Source: a virus. Taken from it: a stretch of DNA of 64,000 nt. A program made the translations under genes and the position numbers. Under the pieces are notes generated by a model. The model had not been told where the DNA came from and ran no database searches. It saw nothing but the letters and a program-made list of their open reading frames with translations. The DNA lies in the IMG/VR virus record IMGVR_UViG_3300030099_008323, positions 1 through 64,000 of that record; one strand, written 5' to 3'. Each line of letters opens with the position of its first letter. Position 1 is the first letter of the stretch. Positions 14,149-23,797 of the stretch are shown here, one piece after another.

Positions 14149-17100
14149 TTATCCTAATAGTTTAAATGTGTGACGAATAGATCTAGTGCTAAAGCCCCAT
14201 TCGTCACTGTGATCGAGCTTCGCTGCGTAAGGCCTATTAAGATGGATCTGGTCATCGTCTTTAATACCCCAACATTTAATTGCTGTTGTAGTCGACGTAT
14301 TGTCAATAACCTTCACAATCCAATAAGTCTTATCGTTTTTAGTTTTCTTTTGAATGACCTCTCTTGGTATGAACCAAGCCACCCCAAGAGCTTTATCCCA
14401 GTTGCCTAGAGCAGGCACACAATGCCTCTCAATTGACTCTCTAATTTGTCTAGTCAAAACAAGGTCAAACGGGAACATGCCTGTCAAATCAGAGACATAT
14501 TCAATTTTTTCTTCACGTGAAAAATCCTCCTCTGGAGAATACAGCTCAATATTTTCTAGTAATTTCTTCTCTGTCTTGGGTTTATCTTGCACACAAGACA
14601 TCCAAAAGTGCTTGCATCCATTAAATCTATCATCAATAATACAATCTAAAGCGCCAGACCTACAGAGAACATCCAAAGCCTTCTTACCTAGCTTTGCATG
14701 GACAACGTTTTTATTGAAGATGATATCCTCTATCTTGGTAAATGGCCTATTCTCTAGGATCTGATCGATAGCTTTGTCACCTAGGCCCTTAATAGAACTA
14801 AAAGGCTGAATTAAAGTAACGCCATCATCACCGATCTCCCAATGACGGTTGGAAGTATTAATATTAATGTTCTCAATGTAGAAACCCATTTTCTGTGCGA
14901 TCGCAATTGCAGCCTCCTTTTTAGACTCAGGCTCTTTATCCAAGAAAGCAGCAGTCCAGCACTCTGGGAAATAATTTAGGAGCCAAGCACACTGGTATGA
15001 TAGGATAGAATAAGAAACAGCATGAGACTTATTAAAGCCATATCCAGAAAAATATTCAAACTTTTGCCATAAGTCTTCTGCGTCTTCCTTAGCCATCCTG
15101 TGGCCAACGCAGCCCTTGATAAATCTATCTCTGATACTAATCTTCTCTTCATTGCCCTTACCTGTTCCTTTCTTTGTTAGAAGCTTTCTTAGCTTGTTGC
15201 CTTCCTCTAGAGTAATGCCATCACCCAGCTTGTGAGCCAGCAATGCAATTTGCTCTTGGAAAATAAGAAAGCCGTGTGTTTCTTTAGTTACTTCTTCAAT
15301 AATGTCATTGTGATAGAAAGTATCTCCGCTTCTCTTTGCCTTCACATAAAGCTTGTCGACTCCTGCACTTAGAGGCCCTGGACGATAAATAGATGTAATA
15401 GCAGAAATATCAATAATATCTGTTGGTTTTGACTTCATACTAAGTCTTTGCGCTCCAGTGTTAGTAAACTGGAAGACGCCAGCAAACTTGCCTTTATGAA
15501 AGATATTCTTGTATACCTTCTGGTCATTTAGATCGATCACATCGGGATGTAAATTCTCATCGTAATACTTCTTGACATCTTCAAACGCTGGGTTGGCAAT
15601 GTTTTGATATCTTTTGAGGACATGCCCAATAGCAGACTCAATCATCTCTAGTGTAGAAAGCCCAAGCAAATCAAATTTAATGTATCCTAAAGGTTCTAGG
15701 TGTCTGACATTCTGACCTTCAGACCAGGGAGTCTGAATCACGCCTCGTGAGCAAATCAGCGGCATATGCTTGTCTAAATCTTCGCCAATGACAACGCCAC
15801 CTGCATGCCTGCTAGTCGAGCGTACCTGACCAACAAGAGCCTGAACGTGAGTTTTGACGTCAGGATACCTCTCTAAGAATGAGATAAGAGATTCTGAATA
15901 TTTCATAACCTCCTCGAAGTTTGGTGTATACATGCCGGCTCGAATTCCACGGTCTGCCTTAGCTTTTGGCGTTGCCTCGCGGACCATCTTGCCAGTGACC
16001 GCATTAACCTCTTTAAAAGGAATGTCATAAAGCTTGCTGATATCTTTAATTAAAGATCGTAACTGCAGCGTATTAAAATTGGAGATAGGTACAACTGTAG
16101 TTTCGCCCCACTCATTAGCCAAAATTTCCTTAAGACCAAATGCGTCACTAACGTCATAATCAATATCTGGATAATCGGTTGCATCAGAACGCAGAAAGCG
16201 ACTGAATAGTAGACCGTACTTAATCGGATCAACCTGAGTAATTCCAAGAACATAGGCGACTAGAGAGCCTGCTGCAGAGCCTCTACCTGGACCTGCTAAC
16301 ATATGTTCGTTAGCAGTGTCGCTAATCGCCTTCATTGTTAAGAAGTATTTTGCAAATCCGCGCTCATTAATTACAACAAGCTCATGCTTCAAACGATCGA
16401 CATATTCCTGATTTTCCTCGTAGCCAAGCTTGCGCAAGCCTGAAATTGATTCCTTGATGAGAGTCTCCGCTGCAGAGGCGCCTTCTGGCACAACAAATCC
16501 TGGAAGACGAACTGTGTCGTCTGGCATAAAATCTTCGATACGATTATTGGCTATCCAGTGTGTCTTAACGATAGAGTCATAAACCAAGTCATCATTATAT
16601 ACGAACTCGCACTCTGCAGAGTATTTCTTGTATGCTTCCCACATTTGGTCGCCATTTTTTGGATACAGCTCCATGCCCATTTCGTCGACATCAATTGGAA
16701 GCTCTGATTTGGCCCACTCAGGAAGCTTTGAGCCCAGCCAACCTAAACGCTTGTAAAGCTCGCGGTCTTTCCAAGCCTCAGGGCTAGGATAGTGGCTATC
16801 AGCTGTTGAAATAAGCTCAATACCAAATTCTTCGTGCATCTGAATAACATATTGATTGAGCTTGTGCTGATTGGGTACATTGTTCCATTGAAGCTCGCCA
16901 TACCAGCGATCACCAAGCACCTCCATCATGCGCTTGGTTGTCTCACGCATAGCATTAAGGATAGCCTCTTCGCCATCTTCTTGATTATCCCAGAAGTTCC
17001 TAGCATAAACACCGCCTAGGCATGCCGATGAAGCAATGATGCCTTCGCCGTGCTCTTCAAGCATCTTATAATCTAGGCGAGGCTTGGTATAGAAATTGTC

Positions 17101-17589
17101 ACCACGATGTGAATCAGAGACAATCTTAAAGATATTGTTGAGGCCTGTCTGATTTATAGCTACCAGTACAATGTGACCCTTCGAGTTGACTTTGTTTTTA
17201 GTCTTGCTTTTTGAAGCGCTTTCGTCTTCAATAGAAACTTTATCCGTATCATTGATAATTTTTCGCGCCTTCTTTTTGTCCGCTTTAATTCTTTCATACT
17301 CTTCCTTCCACTCTTCGATCGAAGGCACAAAATATGCCTCAACGCCAAAGATTGGCTTGAAGTCTTTGCCTTCAGCTTTCATCTTTTTAGCATGCAAGAC
17401 TTGATAAGACATGCCATTCATGTTACCGTGATCAGTCAGAGCAAGAGCGTTCATGCCATTTTGATATGCATAATCCATATGATCTTGAGGATAGCCAAAC
17501 CCATCAAATACGGAGCCGGCCACACTATGCGCATGTAGGCCCACGAAGGGAATCTTGCTTTTTGTTCTTGCATTGTCTTGCATTGTCAT
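14149..17589 (-). CDS. dnaE: DNA polymerase III alpha subunit (family C)
   Basis: PHP motifs HAHS/TDHG/ADSH, GRGSAAGSLV, PDIDYD, RHAGGVV, KFDLLGL, YGFNKSHA, C-terminal OB fold; start likely 17589 or 17583. Confidence 0.97.
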   Translation of the reverse strand: MTMQDNARTKSKIPFVGLHAHSVAGSVFDGFGYPQDHMDYAYQNGMNALALTDHGNMNGMSYQVLHAKKMKAEGKDFKPIFGVEAYFVPSIEEWKEEYERIKADKKKARKIINDTDKVSIEDESASKSKTKNKVNSKGHIVLVAINQTGLNNIFKIVSDSHRGDNFYTKPRLDYKMLEEHGEGIIASSACLGGVYARNFWDNQEDGEEAILNAMRETTKRMMEVLGDRWYGELQWNNVPNQHKLNQYVIQMHEEFGIELISTADSHYPSPEAWKDRELYKRLGWLGSKLPEWAKSELPIDVDEMGMELYPKNGDQMWEAYKKYSAECEFVYNDDLVYDSIVKTHWIANNRIEDFMPDDTVRLPGFVVPEGASAAETLIKESISGLRKLGYEENQEYVDRLKHELVVINERGFAKYFLTMKAISDTANEHMLAGPGRGSAAGSLVAYVLGITQVDPIKYGLLFSRFLRSDATDYPDIDYDVSDAFGLKEILANEWGETTVVPISNFNTLQLRSLIKDISKLYDIPFKEVNAVTGKMVREATPKAKADRGIRAGMYTPNFEEVMKYSESLISFLERYPDVKTHVQALVGQVRSTSRHAGGVVIGEDLDKHMPLICSRGVIQTPWSEGQNVRHLEPLGYIKFDLLGLSTLEMIESAIGHVLKRYQNIANPAFEDVKKYYDENLHPDVIDLNDQKVYKNIFHKGKFAGVFQFTNTGAQRLSMKSKPTDIIDISAITSIYRPGPLSAGVDKLYVKAKRSGDTFYHNDIIEEVTKETHGFLIFQEQIALLAHKLGDGITLEEGNKLRKLLTKKGTGKGNEEKISIRDRFIKGCVGHRMAKEDAEDLWQKFEYFSGYGFNKSHAVSYSILSYQCAWLLNYFPECWTAAFLDKEPESKKEAAIAIAQKMGFYIENININTSNRHWEIGDDGVTLIQPFSSIKGLGDKAIDQILENRPFTKIEDIIFNKNVVHAKLGKKALDVLCRSGALDCIIDDRFNGCKHFWMSCVQDKPKTEKKLLENIELYSPEEDFSREEKIEYVSDLTGMFPFDLVLTRQIRESIERHCVPALGNWDKALGVAWFIPREVIQKKTKNDKTYWIVKVIDNTSTTTAIKCWGIKDDDQIHLNRPYAAKLDHSDEWGFSTRSIRHTFKLLG

Positions 17590-17615
17590 ATTACCTCTTG
17601 ATGTCATATGTAAAG

Positions 17616-17643
17616 ATAATAAAAACAATACTAAATCAGTAAA
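17616..17643 (-). promoter_or_regulatory. sigma70-like promoter TTTACT-N16-TATTAT for dnaE
   Basis: Read directly upstream of the dnaE RBS. Confidence 0.65.
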
Positions 17644-17644
17644 T

Positions 17645-17845
17645 CTATTTATCTAATTCATTGTTTTTTTCGAACAGAAATAAGGCCATGGCATCAAGAT
17701 TATATCGATCAGGTATGCTAATTACTGGCAACAGCGCGTGTATCATAAAAATTAGTGAGGAGATTGATAATCTCCATGAGATACCCATGGCAAACAAAAA
17801 ATGCCCTAAATATGAGATTTCATTTTCTTTCAAGTGCTTAAACAT
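17645..17845 (-). CDS. DUF6356-like small membrane protein
   Basis: HLKENEISYLGHFLFA...IHALLP pattern. Confidence 0.65.
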   Translation of the reverse strand: MFKHLKENEISYLGHFLFAMGISWRLSISSLIFMIHALLPVISIPDRYNLDAMALFLFEKNNELDK

Positions 17846-17848
17846 TTC

Positions 17849-18697
17849 TTACTCCTCGTCATAGCCGATTTCATTCCATTCACGGCTCTTAAGTATTTTT
17901 GGTTTTGATATTTTACTTTGTGAAAGAAAGTAACAGTAATCAGCCCAATTATCTAGATTATAATAGCAGCCAATGCTTTCTTTTTTATAACCACTAATAT
18001 TTAGTGTCTCAAAGGTCTTTTTCATATCAAATTTTCCATAACAATATCTTTTTTCAACAGCTATTTTTTCCTCTCGTTTCTTGGGGTTCTGCCAGATCCC
18101 GTTTGATCTGGTATAAGCCTCGGAGATCAATTTCTCTACTTGACTTGAATCTAGGGTGAACCCCAAATAGAGGTTGTCGGTAAAGCAATCACCATTATAT
18201 TCTAAAGCGACACTATCTTTTGATATAACTTTTCTAATCTCCCTGGTAACACTTGGAGTGTAGTAGCCATAAGGCCAAGATATCCAAAACTGGTTGGGGG
18301 CTAAATGCGCGCTGACTTTACTTAATATCTTATTTGCTGAGTAAGCGCCATAGATTGCAGACCAAGATAAGCTATCCCTTTTGTTAAAGTCTCTAATATG
18401 CACTGGAATGTAATATATTCTAATTGGCCTTTTAAAATCTTGCTTGTTAAATTCAAAATGCCTGTAGTTGTAAACAGGATCTTGAACTAGCTCACCGACT
18501 TGATACCTAATTAGGGGAGTAACATCGTCAGCGCAGACAATCCATATTGTGCTGCAGCCAGCATATGCGCACTCAAGCACAGAACGTTCTATAGCAAGAT
18601 AGTTTGGTGCAATCGGCATGAGACTTTCATGCCATGGCATATTAAAATTAGTCTTAATCCCAGAGACCGGTATAATTCCTGCTAGCTGTTTTTTCAT
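17849..18697 (-). CDS. divergent nucleotidyltransferase (NTP_transferase/SpsA fold)
   Basis: LAGIIPVSG, LMPI..YLAIERSVLECAYAGCSTIWIV; canonical GxGTR is absent. Confidence 0.6.
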   Translation of the reverse strand: MKKQLAGIIPVSGIKTNFNMPWHESLMPIAPNYLAIERSVLECAYAGCSTIWIVCADDVTPLIRYQVGELVQDPVYNYRHFEFNKQDFKRPIRIYYIPVHIRDFNKRDSLSWSAIYGAYSANKILSKVSAHLAPNQFWISWPYGYYTPSVTREIRKVISKDSVALEYNGDCFTDNLYLGFTLDSSQVEKLISEAYTRSNGIWQNPKKREEKIAVEKRYCYGKFDMKKTFETLNISGYKKESIGCYYNLDNWADYCYFLSQSKISKPKILKSREWNEIGYDEE

Positions 18698-19350
18698 TTG
18701 TAAACTGGGTAAATGTCCCTTTTCCAGAGTGTCATCCTAAGATTTTCAATGCCTCTTTTCTTAAAAAGATCAAAAATCTTAAACTTTGCCATTGTATCAC
18801 TGTAATCAAAGCTTTTTAACTGCTTAGCAGTTAAAAATGATTCACTTAATAGGTCCAAGTATTTCTGATTGCCGTCGATGCGCCGGCTTTTAAAAAGTTT
18901 AATATTATTAACAAATTTATCTTGTGTGTGAATTGTGTCATACGACAAATCATATAAGCCCTGACAGTCGAACCAATCTACAACACGATACTCCGAGAGC
19001 GCGCGTTCCAGAAAGACACCCTCAACATTTTGATCATCAAGTAAAATAATTTCTTCATAAGCTACATAAAATGTGCTTTGCTCAGTGATAACTTTTATAA
19101 TTTTTTCTTGCTCATCAACCCTCAAAAGATTTGGAAGTTGAAAAAATGGGCATAAGCCTAAATTGTAAAGGTCATACACTTTGCTTGCCCATTCTTGCTC
19201 AATGTCGGCTTCATAAGAGTGATGGTGTGGGGCTCTGTTTTTAAATAGAAAGTATTTATTTTGCCAGGCTAGTTTTACAGCGTTAAGATCTGAGCCGATC
19301 ACAACGGTTTTGACTGTAAAATCAACATCCGGACTTTTTATTTCGCTCAT
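18694..19350 (-). CDS. hypothetical protein with Rossmann-like N-terminus
   Basis: VVIGSDLNAV resembles a degenerate dinucleotide-binding motif; start likely ATG 19350. Confidence 0.5.
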   Translation of the reverse strand: MSEIKSPDVDFTVKTVVIGSDLNAVKLAWQNKYFLFKNRAPHHHSYEADIEQEWASKVYDLYNLGLCPFFQLPNLLRVDEQEKIIKVITEQSTFYVAYEEIILLDDQNVEGVFLERALSEYRVVDWFDCQGLYDLSYDTIHTQDKFVNNIKLFKSRRIDGNQKYLDLLSESFLTAKQLKSFDYSDTMAKFKIFDLFKKRGIENLRMTLWKRDIYPVYK

Positions 19351-19963
19351 AGCTACTTGACTTTCTAATGTTTGAGTGCCATTTTTTGAGCACCCTGTAA
19401 AAAAGAGGGCGCTCATTGCAGCGGCCGCCTTTTTTTGGTGCCCGGATTGCAGTGGCCCAGGCAGCTAGCCATCTTTTCGTATTATTTTTAATTTTACACT
19501 GATTGGAGACTTTAAAGTACATCTTTCGCACGTGTTTCATATATGCATTTGCAGCAGGAGTAACATCCCTCCTATTAATCTTATAGGCCTTCTCCCACCA
19601 TGGCCACATCTGAAAGAGTCCAATTGCCATAGCGCGTTTTTTTCTGAAATCTCCCTGGGCAGCTGCCTCATAGCCAGATTCATGGCATGCTGCAGCCAAA
19701 AGCATGCCTCTAAGTTCATTAGGAAGGTTATACTTCTTCTCAATCTCTATCAAAGTTGCCACGATTTTTTCTTTTTCTTTATCAATTTTTTTTGCCCATG
19801 GGCAATTAAAAATAGCTTCATCGCGTATTTCATCGTATGTGATCACATCTTGAGTTGTTTTTAAGTTTTTCTCTATTGGCTTCAAAAAATGATTAGCATA
19901 TATACTTGAAGGCGTTAGCACGATAAGTGCAAAAAGTAAAATTAATAATGGTTTCTTAAACAT
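19322..19963 (-). CDS. lytic transglycosylase (SLT) with signal peptide, candidate endolysin
   Basis: AACHESGY (catalytic Glu), AIGLFQM; N-terminal LLILLFALIVL...IYA. Confidence 0.85.
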   Translation of the reverse strand: MFKKPLLILLFALIVLTPSSIYANHFLKPIEKNLKTTQDVITYDEIRDEAIFNCPWAKKIDKEKEKIVATLIEIEKKYNLPNELRGMLLAAACHESGYEAAAQGDFRKKRAMAIGLFQMWPWWEKAYKINRRDVTPAANAYMKHVRKMYFKVSNQCKIKNNTKRWLAAWATAIRAPKKGGRCNERPLFYRVLKKWHSNIRKSSSYERNKKSGC

Positions 19964-19965
19964 AG

Positions 19966-20232
19966 CTACTCTTTTGAATAAAATCCTATCACGTTGTTTT
20001 CAGTAATTAAATAGTACGTTTCGCCGAAAAAGGACGCCTGTTCGAGCAAGTGTGCCGGCACCAGCACCTTCATGCCAGATCGCAAGATAGAATTTGCATT
20101 TGGTTCTACAATTGTGACCAGTTTATAAGGCCTAGCATCTACCTCTACGTCCTCCGGGACAAGGACAGCGACTTGCTGCTTTTCCTCCTCTATAGGCTCA
20201 ACAACTAAATATTTTCCTAAAGGATAAAGCAT
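19966..20232 (-). CDS. groES: co-chaperonin GroES-like protein
   Basis: LYPLGKYLVVEP...VAVLVP...GMKVLV...GETYYLITENNVIG follows the Cpn10 pattern. Confidence 0.75.
   Translation of the reverse strand: MLYPLGKYLVVEPIEEEKQQVAVLVPEDVEVDARPYKLVTIVEPNANSILRSGMKVLVPAHLLEQASFFGETYYLITENNVIGFYSKE
20008..20015 (-). promoter_or_regulatory. candidate late-promoter motif ACTATTTA inside groES
   Basis: About 45 nt upstream of the SLT start. Confidence 0.45.
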
Positions 20233-20233
20233 T

Positions 20234-20479
20234 TTAAACCCCTACATTCTTTGAAAGCTGGTCAAAGAACTCGCTAAACTGATCGATATTATCGCCTTTA
20301 GACAACATCCTAAACGCACGCACAGCTTGCCTCATCTCATCTTTTGTGAGCCAGCCATTCTGCACATAGTTTTTACGTAAATCTCTTTTATGTTCTTTAA
20401 AAGGCTCCATTTCGTCCTCTACTGCTTTAAATGCCTTAATAAACTCTACTACATAATCTTTTGTTGTTAAATCACTCAT
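20234..20479 (-). CDS. small DNA-binding protein, GapR/DUF2312/T4 DsbA-like
   Basis: FIKAFKAVEDEMEPFKEHKRDL...GWLTKDEMRQAVRAFR coiled-coil/helix pattern. Confidence 0.5.
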   Translation of the reverse strand: MSDLTTKDYVVEFIKAFKAVEDEMEPFKEHKRDLRKNYVQNGWLTKDEMRQAVRAFRMLSKGDNIDQFSEFFDQLSKNVGV

Positions 20480-20506
20480 TATACTCCTCCTTTGTGAGTC
20501 TTAAAT

Positions 20507-20534
20507 AATATAAGCACGAAAAATTAAAATTAAA
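20507..20534 (-). promoter_or_regulatory. sigma70-like promoter TTTAAT-N16-TATATT
   Basis: Upstream of the 20479/groES operon; spacer ends CGTGCT. Confidence 0.45.
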
Positions 20535-22386
20535 ATATTTCACAAGCTCCGCCTGCACAAGCTAACTCGCCAGATAAATTAGTGTCATCTTCAATCTCCA
20601 TAATGTTCTCTGTGTTGATATCTTTCAAAGAGTTTAAAAGAACCTGAAATTTTTCTAAAGAACAATCTTCAAAGGGTGCTTGCTTATAAGTGTGGTCTGA
20701 GTATGGTAACACTGATAGACCATTGTAGAAATTTCTATTTTCCCACATCCACTCGCCCACATCAATCCACTCGGCGTCTTTTATCGAAATGGTTGCCGAA
20801 ACATTATGAGTGTTTTGTCCTCTTCTGTGACCAGGTTGAACCCACTCCTCTGTCACTCGTTTAACTCTTTTCAATAACTGCAGTGCGCTTTCAGATCTTG
20901 TTATTGCACTATCAGGAGATTTTTGGGGCACTTGAATGACTGCAGTGTCATGAGGACGAAAATACTCGTCCTCAATTAATTCTGGATGGTACATCGAGAG
21001 ATAATTATATATTGCCTCATTCTTCCCAACCCTTAATCTCCGGATATAGTAATCACTATGCCACGCATGAATGCCTGAGCTAGTACCTAAAGTTAGAGAA
21101 GTTGTCCCAGCCGGCTTAACACAGGTGGTCCTAGCTGCTGGCTTGATACCAATCTTTTCAGCTACGCGCTTATTTTCTTTCTTGATCACTAGTGAAGCTG
21201 CCTTCATATCAAGTTCTAGAACCTTACCAGACGCAATTCCAGTCATGGAAACACCGATTAGTGCATCTTTCTCAGTATTTCTTCTCCATATGTCACGTAA
21301 ATAATGAAAATCAGTATAGCCTGCTTGCAAGGTGCCTATAAAAGCTGCTACGCGGGCTCGATTCTCATACTCTTGCTGAGTTTCTAGATCAGAGGCATTG
21401 ATTTCTGTTAAGTTACAAAACTGGTATGGACGCAAAGCGATTTCGCAGCAAGGATTTGTGCCCCAGTCTTTATCGTTAGACAAATAAAAGCCAGGCTCAC
21501 CAGATCCAGCCTCTTTAATCCGCTCCCAAATATCCATGAAAAACTCGCGAGTGATAAGATGCCTCATCAATGCAACTGAATTGTTTGCTCTGCCTCTTTG
21601 GGGATTTGCTTCCCACCAGTTACCAGCTTTTGCGGCAAGCATCTCTTCATCGTCTGCGGAAAAAAGTGAAATAAGAGCAGCCCTACGGATCCCCCCGGCA
21701 AGAACAGCATCAGCAATATGGCAAATGATATCATGTACTTCGATAGGTTCAAGCTTGTCACCATTATCCTTTTCTTCAAGTATGCCCTGCACCTTGAGGA
21801 GACATTCTTTTAACGGCTGAGGGCCGGGAGCTTTACCTCCACTTGTAACTAGTCTGCTACCCTTCGGACGGATATCAGAAAAATCAAATTTTATTCTTGA
21901 GCCGCCTTTAAAATAAGATTGCATTAAAATTTTTATTGAATCGGCCCATCCTTCGATTGAATCTCCGATAAGAAATCTTCTACTGCGTTTTGAATTCGGT
22001 TTCTGAATTTCCGGGAGCTTATCAACATGATGCCTTTGGACAGAATATCCAACGCCAGTGCCCCCAAGAAGGAGAAACATGCACTCAGAAAAAGCAGAGA
22101 GATGATCGACAGGCATGTAAGCACAGTTGTATACCCGGTTAGGTGCCACTTCAATTGGCTTGCCCCCAAACTGCATGGAGCGCATTGACGGTAATACTTT
22201 TTTTTCATAGACATAATTATATGCATCTTCTATTTCCTTCCTCATATGAGGATACTTTTTAATATGCATCTTTTTATTTCTGGTAACTAATTCCTGCCAA
22301 GTCTCTCTTCTATTGAGATCTGGTATATACCTAGAATATTTCATGTGTACTGTAATATCTGATAAAATTTTATTTTGTAATTCCAC
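20530..22386 (-). CDS. nrdJ: class II (B12-dependent) ribonucleotide reductase, monomeric RTPR type
   Basis: VLPSMRSMQFGG, NCAY, GTNPCCEI, FCNLTEI, TCVKPAGTTS, C-terminal CAGGAC. Confidence 0.95.
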   Translation of the reverse strand: MELQNKILSDITVHMKYSRYIPDLNRRETWQELVTRNKKMHIKKYPHMRKEIEDAYNYVYEKKVLPSMRSMQFGGKPIEVAPNRVYNCAYMPVDHLSAFSECMFLLLGGTGVGYSVQRHHVDKLPEIQKPNSKRSRRFLIGDSIEGWADSIKILMQSYFKGGSRIKFDFSDIRPKGSRLVTSGGKAPGPQPLKECLLKVQGILEEKDNGDKLEPIEVHDIICHIADAVLAGGIRRAALISLFSADDEEMLAAKAGNWWEANPQRGRANNSVALMRHLITREFFMDIWERIKEAGSGEPGFYLSNDKDWGTNPCCEIALRPYQFCNLTEINASDLETQQEYENRARVAAFIGTLQAGYTDFHYLRDIWRRNTEKDALIGVSMTGIASGKVLELDMKAASLVIKKENKRVAEKIGIKPAARTTCVKPAGTTSLTLGTSSGIHAWHSDYYIRRLRVGKNEAIYNYLSMYHPELIEDEYFRPHDTAVIQVPQKSPDSAITRSESALQLLKRVKRVTEEWVQPGHRRGQNTHNVSATISIKDAEWIDVGEWMWENRNFYNGLSVLPYSDHTYKQAPFEDCSLEKFQVLLNSLKDINTENIMEIEDDTNLSGELACAGGACEIF

Positions 22387-22399
22387 TATAATACTCCTT

Positions 22400-23758
22400 T
22401 TAATATCTTTTTTTTACTGATTGTTTATATTTGGTTTTTAAAGCGTCGGCTAAATCTCCAGGACTCATTGCTGGTGATACGATCGGTGATTCTACTTTTG
22501 CCAAAACTTTTATTTGCACATTGCTGGTGTCCATAAAAATAGGAAAAACTAATCCATCAGGACCATTACGATTTTTTGCTATAAACATCCTACCAGTGTT
22601 GGAGTTTCTGTCTTTAATTGTTCGTGATATTGAACAAATAAAATCAGACACAAAACACTTATTAAATGCTTCAGATATTGATTCCATAGTCACCACTTCT
22701 GCGTTCAATCCCGTCCTATTTGTTTGGGAGGCTGTCCATATCGGACATTTAAATTCTTGTGCAATTGCCCTTAGGTTTTCATAAATAGACTCTAATTCAT
22801 TGCGCTTCTCTTTAAAATTTGTCACGGGTCGAAGCAAATCAGCGTAATCTACTAGAATCATATCGATTTTGTGATTTGTTTTTTTTAATTTTTCTAGATG
22901 CGATCGTATAGTATTTGTTGAGGCGGTTTTTGTTGGATATTCTTTAATGATCAATGATCCTTGCAGGTCGCTAATTGCCTCCAATACTTCATCTTTTTGG
23001 CCGAACAAAGAGCTAAGAGGCACAGAGCTAATACAGCTATCGTAACGCTGGCCTGTAACGGCTTCTGACAGCTCTAGCGTGTAGTGTACAACATTCTTGC
23101 CATTTTTAAGTGCTTGGGCGCCTAGATGAGCTAACACCATAGATTTGCCGGCGCCTGTGGGGGCAATGACAACTCCTAACTCACCAGAACCCAGTCCTTT
23201 TTTAGTTAAAGCATCAATCTTCTCCCATCCAGTTGATATGGGATTTCTTGCTTTTATCTCATATCTTGTCTCGAAGTCTTTTATAAAGTCATGTCCAAAA
23301 TCATTGTCCATACCAAGATTAAGCGCTTCATCAATTACCTTACGAACCTGATCATATGAAGAGTTCTGAATCAAATCAACGGATTTCATTAAGGCCTCTT
23401 TTAGCTTCTGCTTTTTGCAAAAATCTAAGCTGGTGTCTTTAATATACTGTTCATCTTGTACGCGTTTAATACATGTCCTGGCAAAATAGTCCCGTACCTG
23501 TTTTTTTACCGCATCATTGCATTCTTCTAATTCATTCCTTAGAATACTAGGCAAGATACTATTTGTTGGGTGCACTCCATATTTTCTACGATATTCATAT
23601 ATTTTTCTTACAAAAACTCTAAGATATGAAAGCTCAAAAAATTTTGTATCCAAGACCTCCTCGATCTGATCTGCAAAAGGTCGGTCTTCTAAAATTAATT
23701 GTGCCAATGTCTCTTGGAACTGCTTCCCATATTTTGAGAAGTCCACTTCTCTAGTCAT
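22400..23758 (-). CDS. dnaB: replicative SF4 helicase (DnaB/gp41-like)
   Basis: Walker A APTGAGKS, LVDYADLL, IWTASQTNR, KNRNGPDG. Confidence 0.93.
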   Translation of the reverse strand: MTREVDFSKYGKQFQETLAQLILEDRPFADQIEEVLDTKFFELSYLRVFVRKIYEYRRKYGVHPTNSILPSILRNELEECNDAVKKQVRDYFARTCIKRVQDEQYIKDTSLDFCKKQKLKEALMKSVDLIQNSSYDQVRKVIDEALNLGMDNDFGHDFIKDFETRYEIKARNPISTGWEKIDALTKKGLGSGELGVVIAPTGAGKSMVLAHLGAQALKNGKNVVHYTLELSEAVTGQRYDSCISSVPLSSLFGQKDEVLEAISDLQGSLIIKEYPTKTASTNTIRSHLEKLKKTNHKIDMILVDYADLLRPVTNFKEKRNELESIYENLRAIAQEFKCPIWTASQTNRTGLNAEVVTMESISEAFNKCFVSDFICSISRTIKDRNSNTGRMFIAKNRNGPDGLVFPIFMDTSNVQIKVLAKVESPIVSPAMSPGDLADALKTKYKQSVKKRY

Positions 23759-23797
23759 AAATTTTTTCCTCGCTTGTTTAAATACTTTAGGAACATT

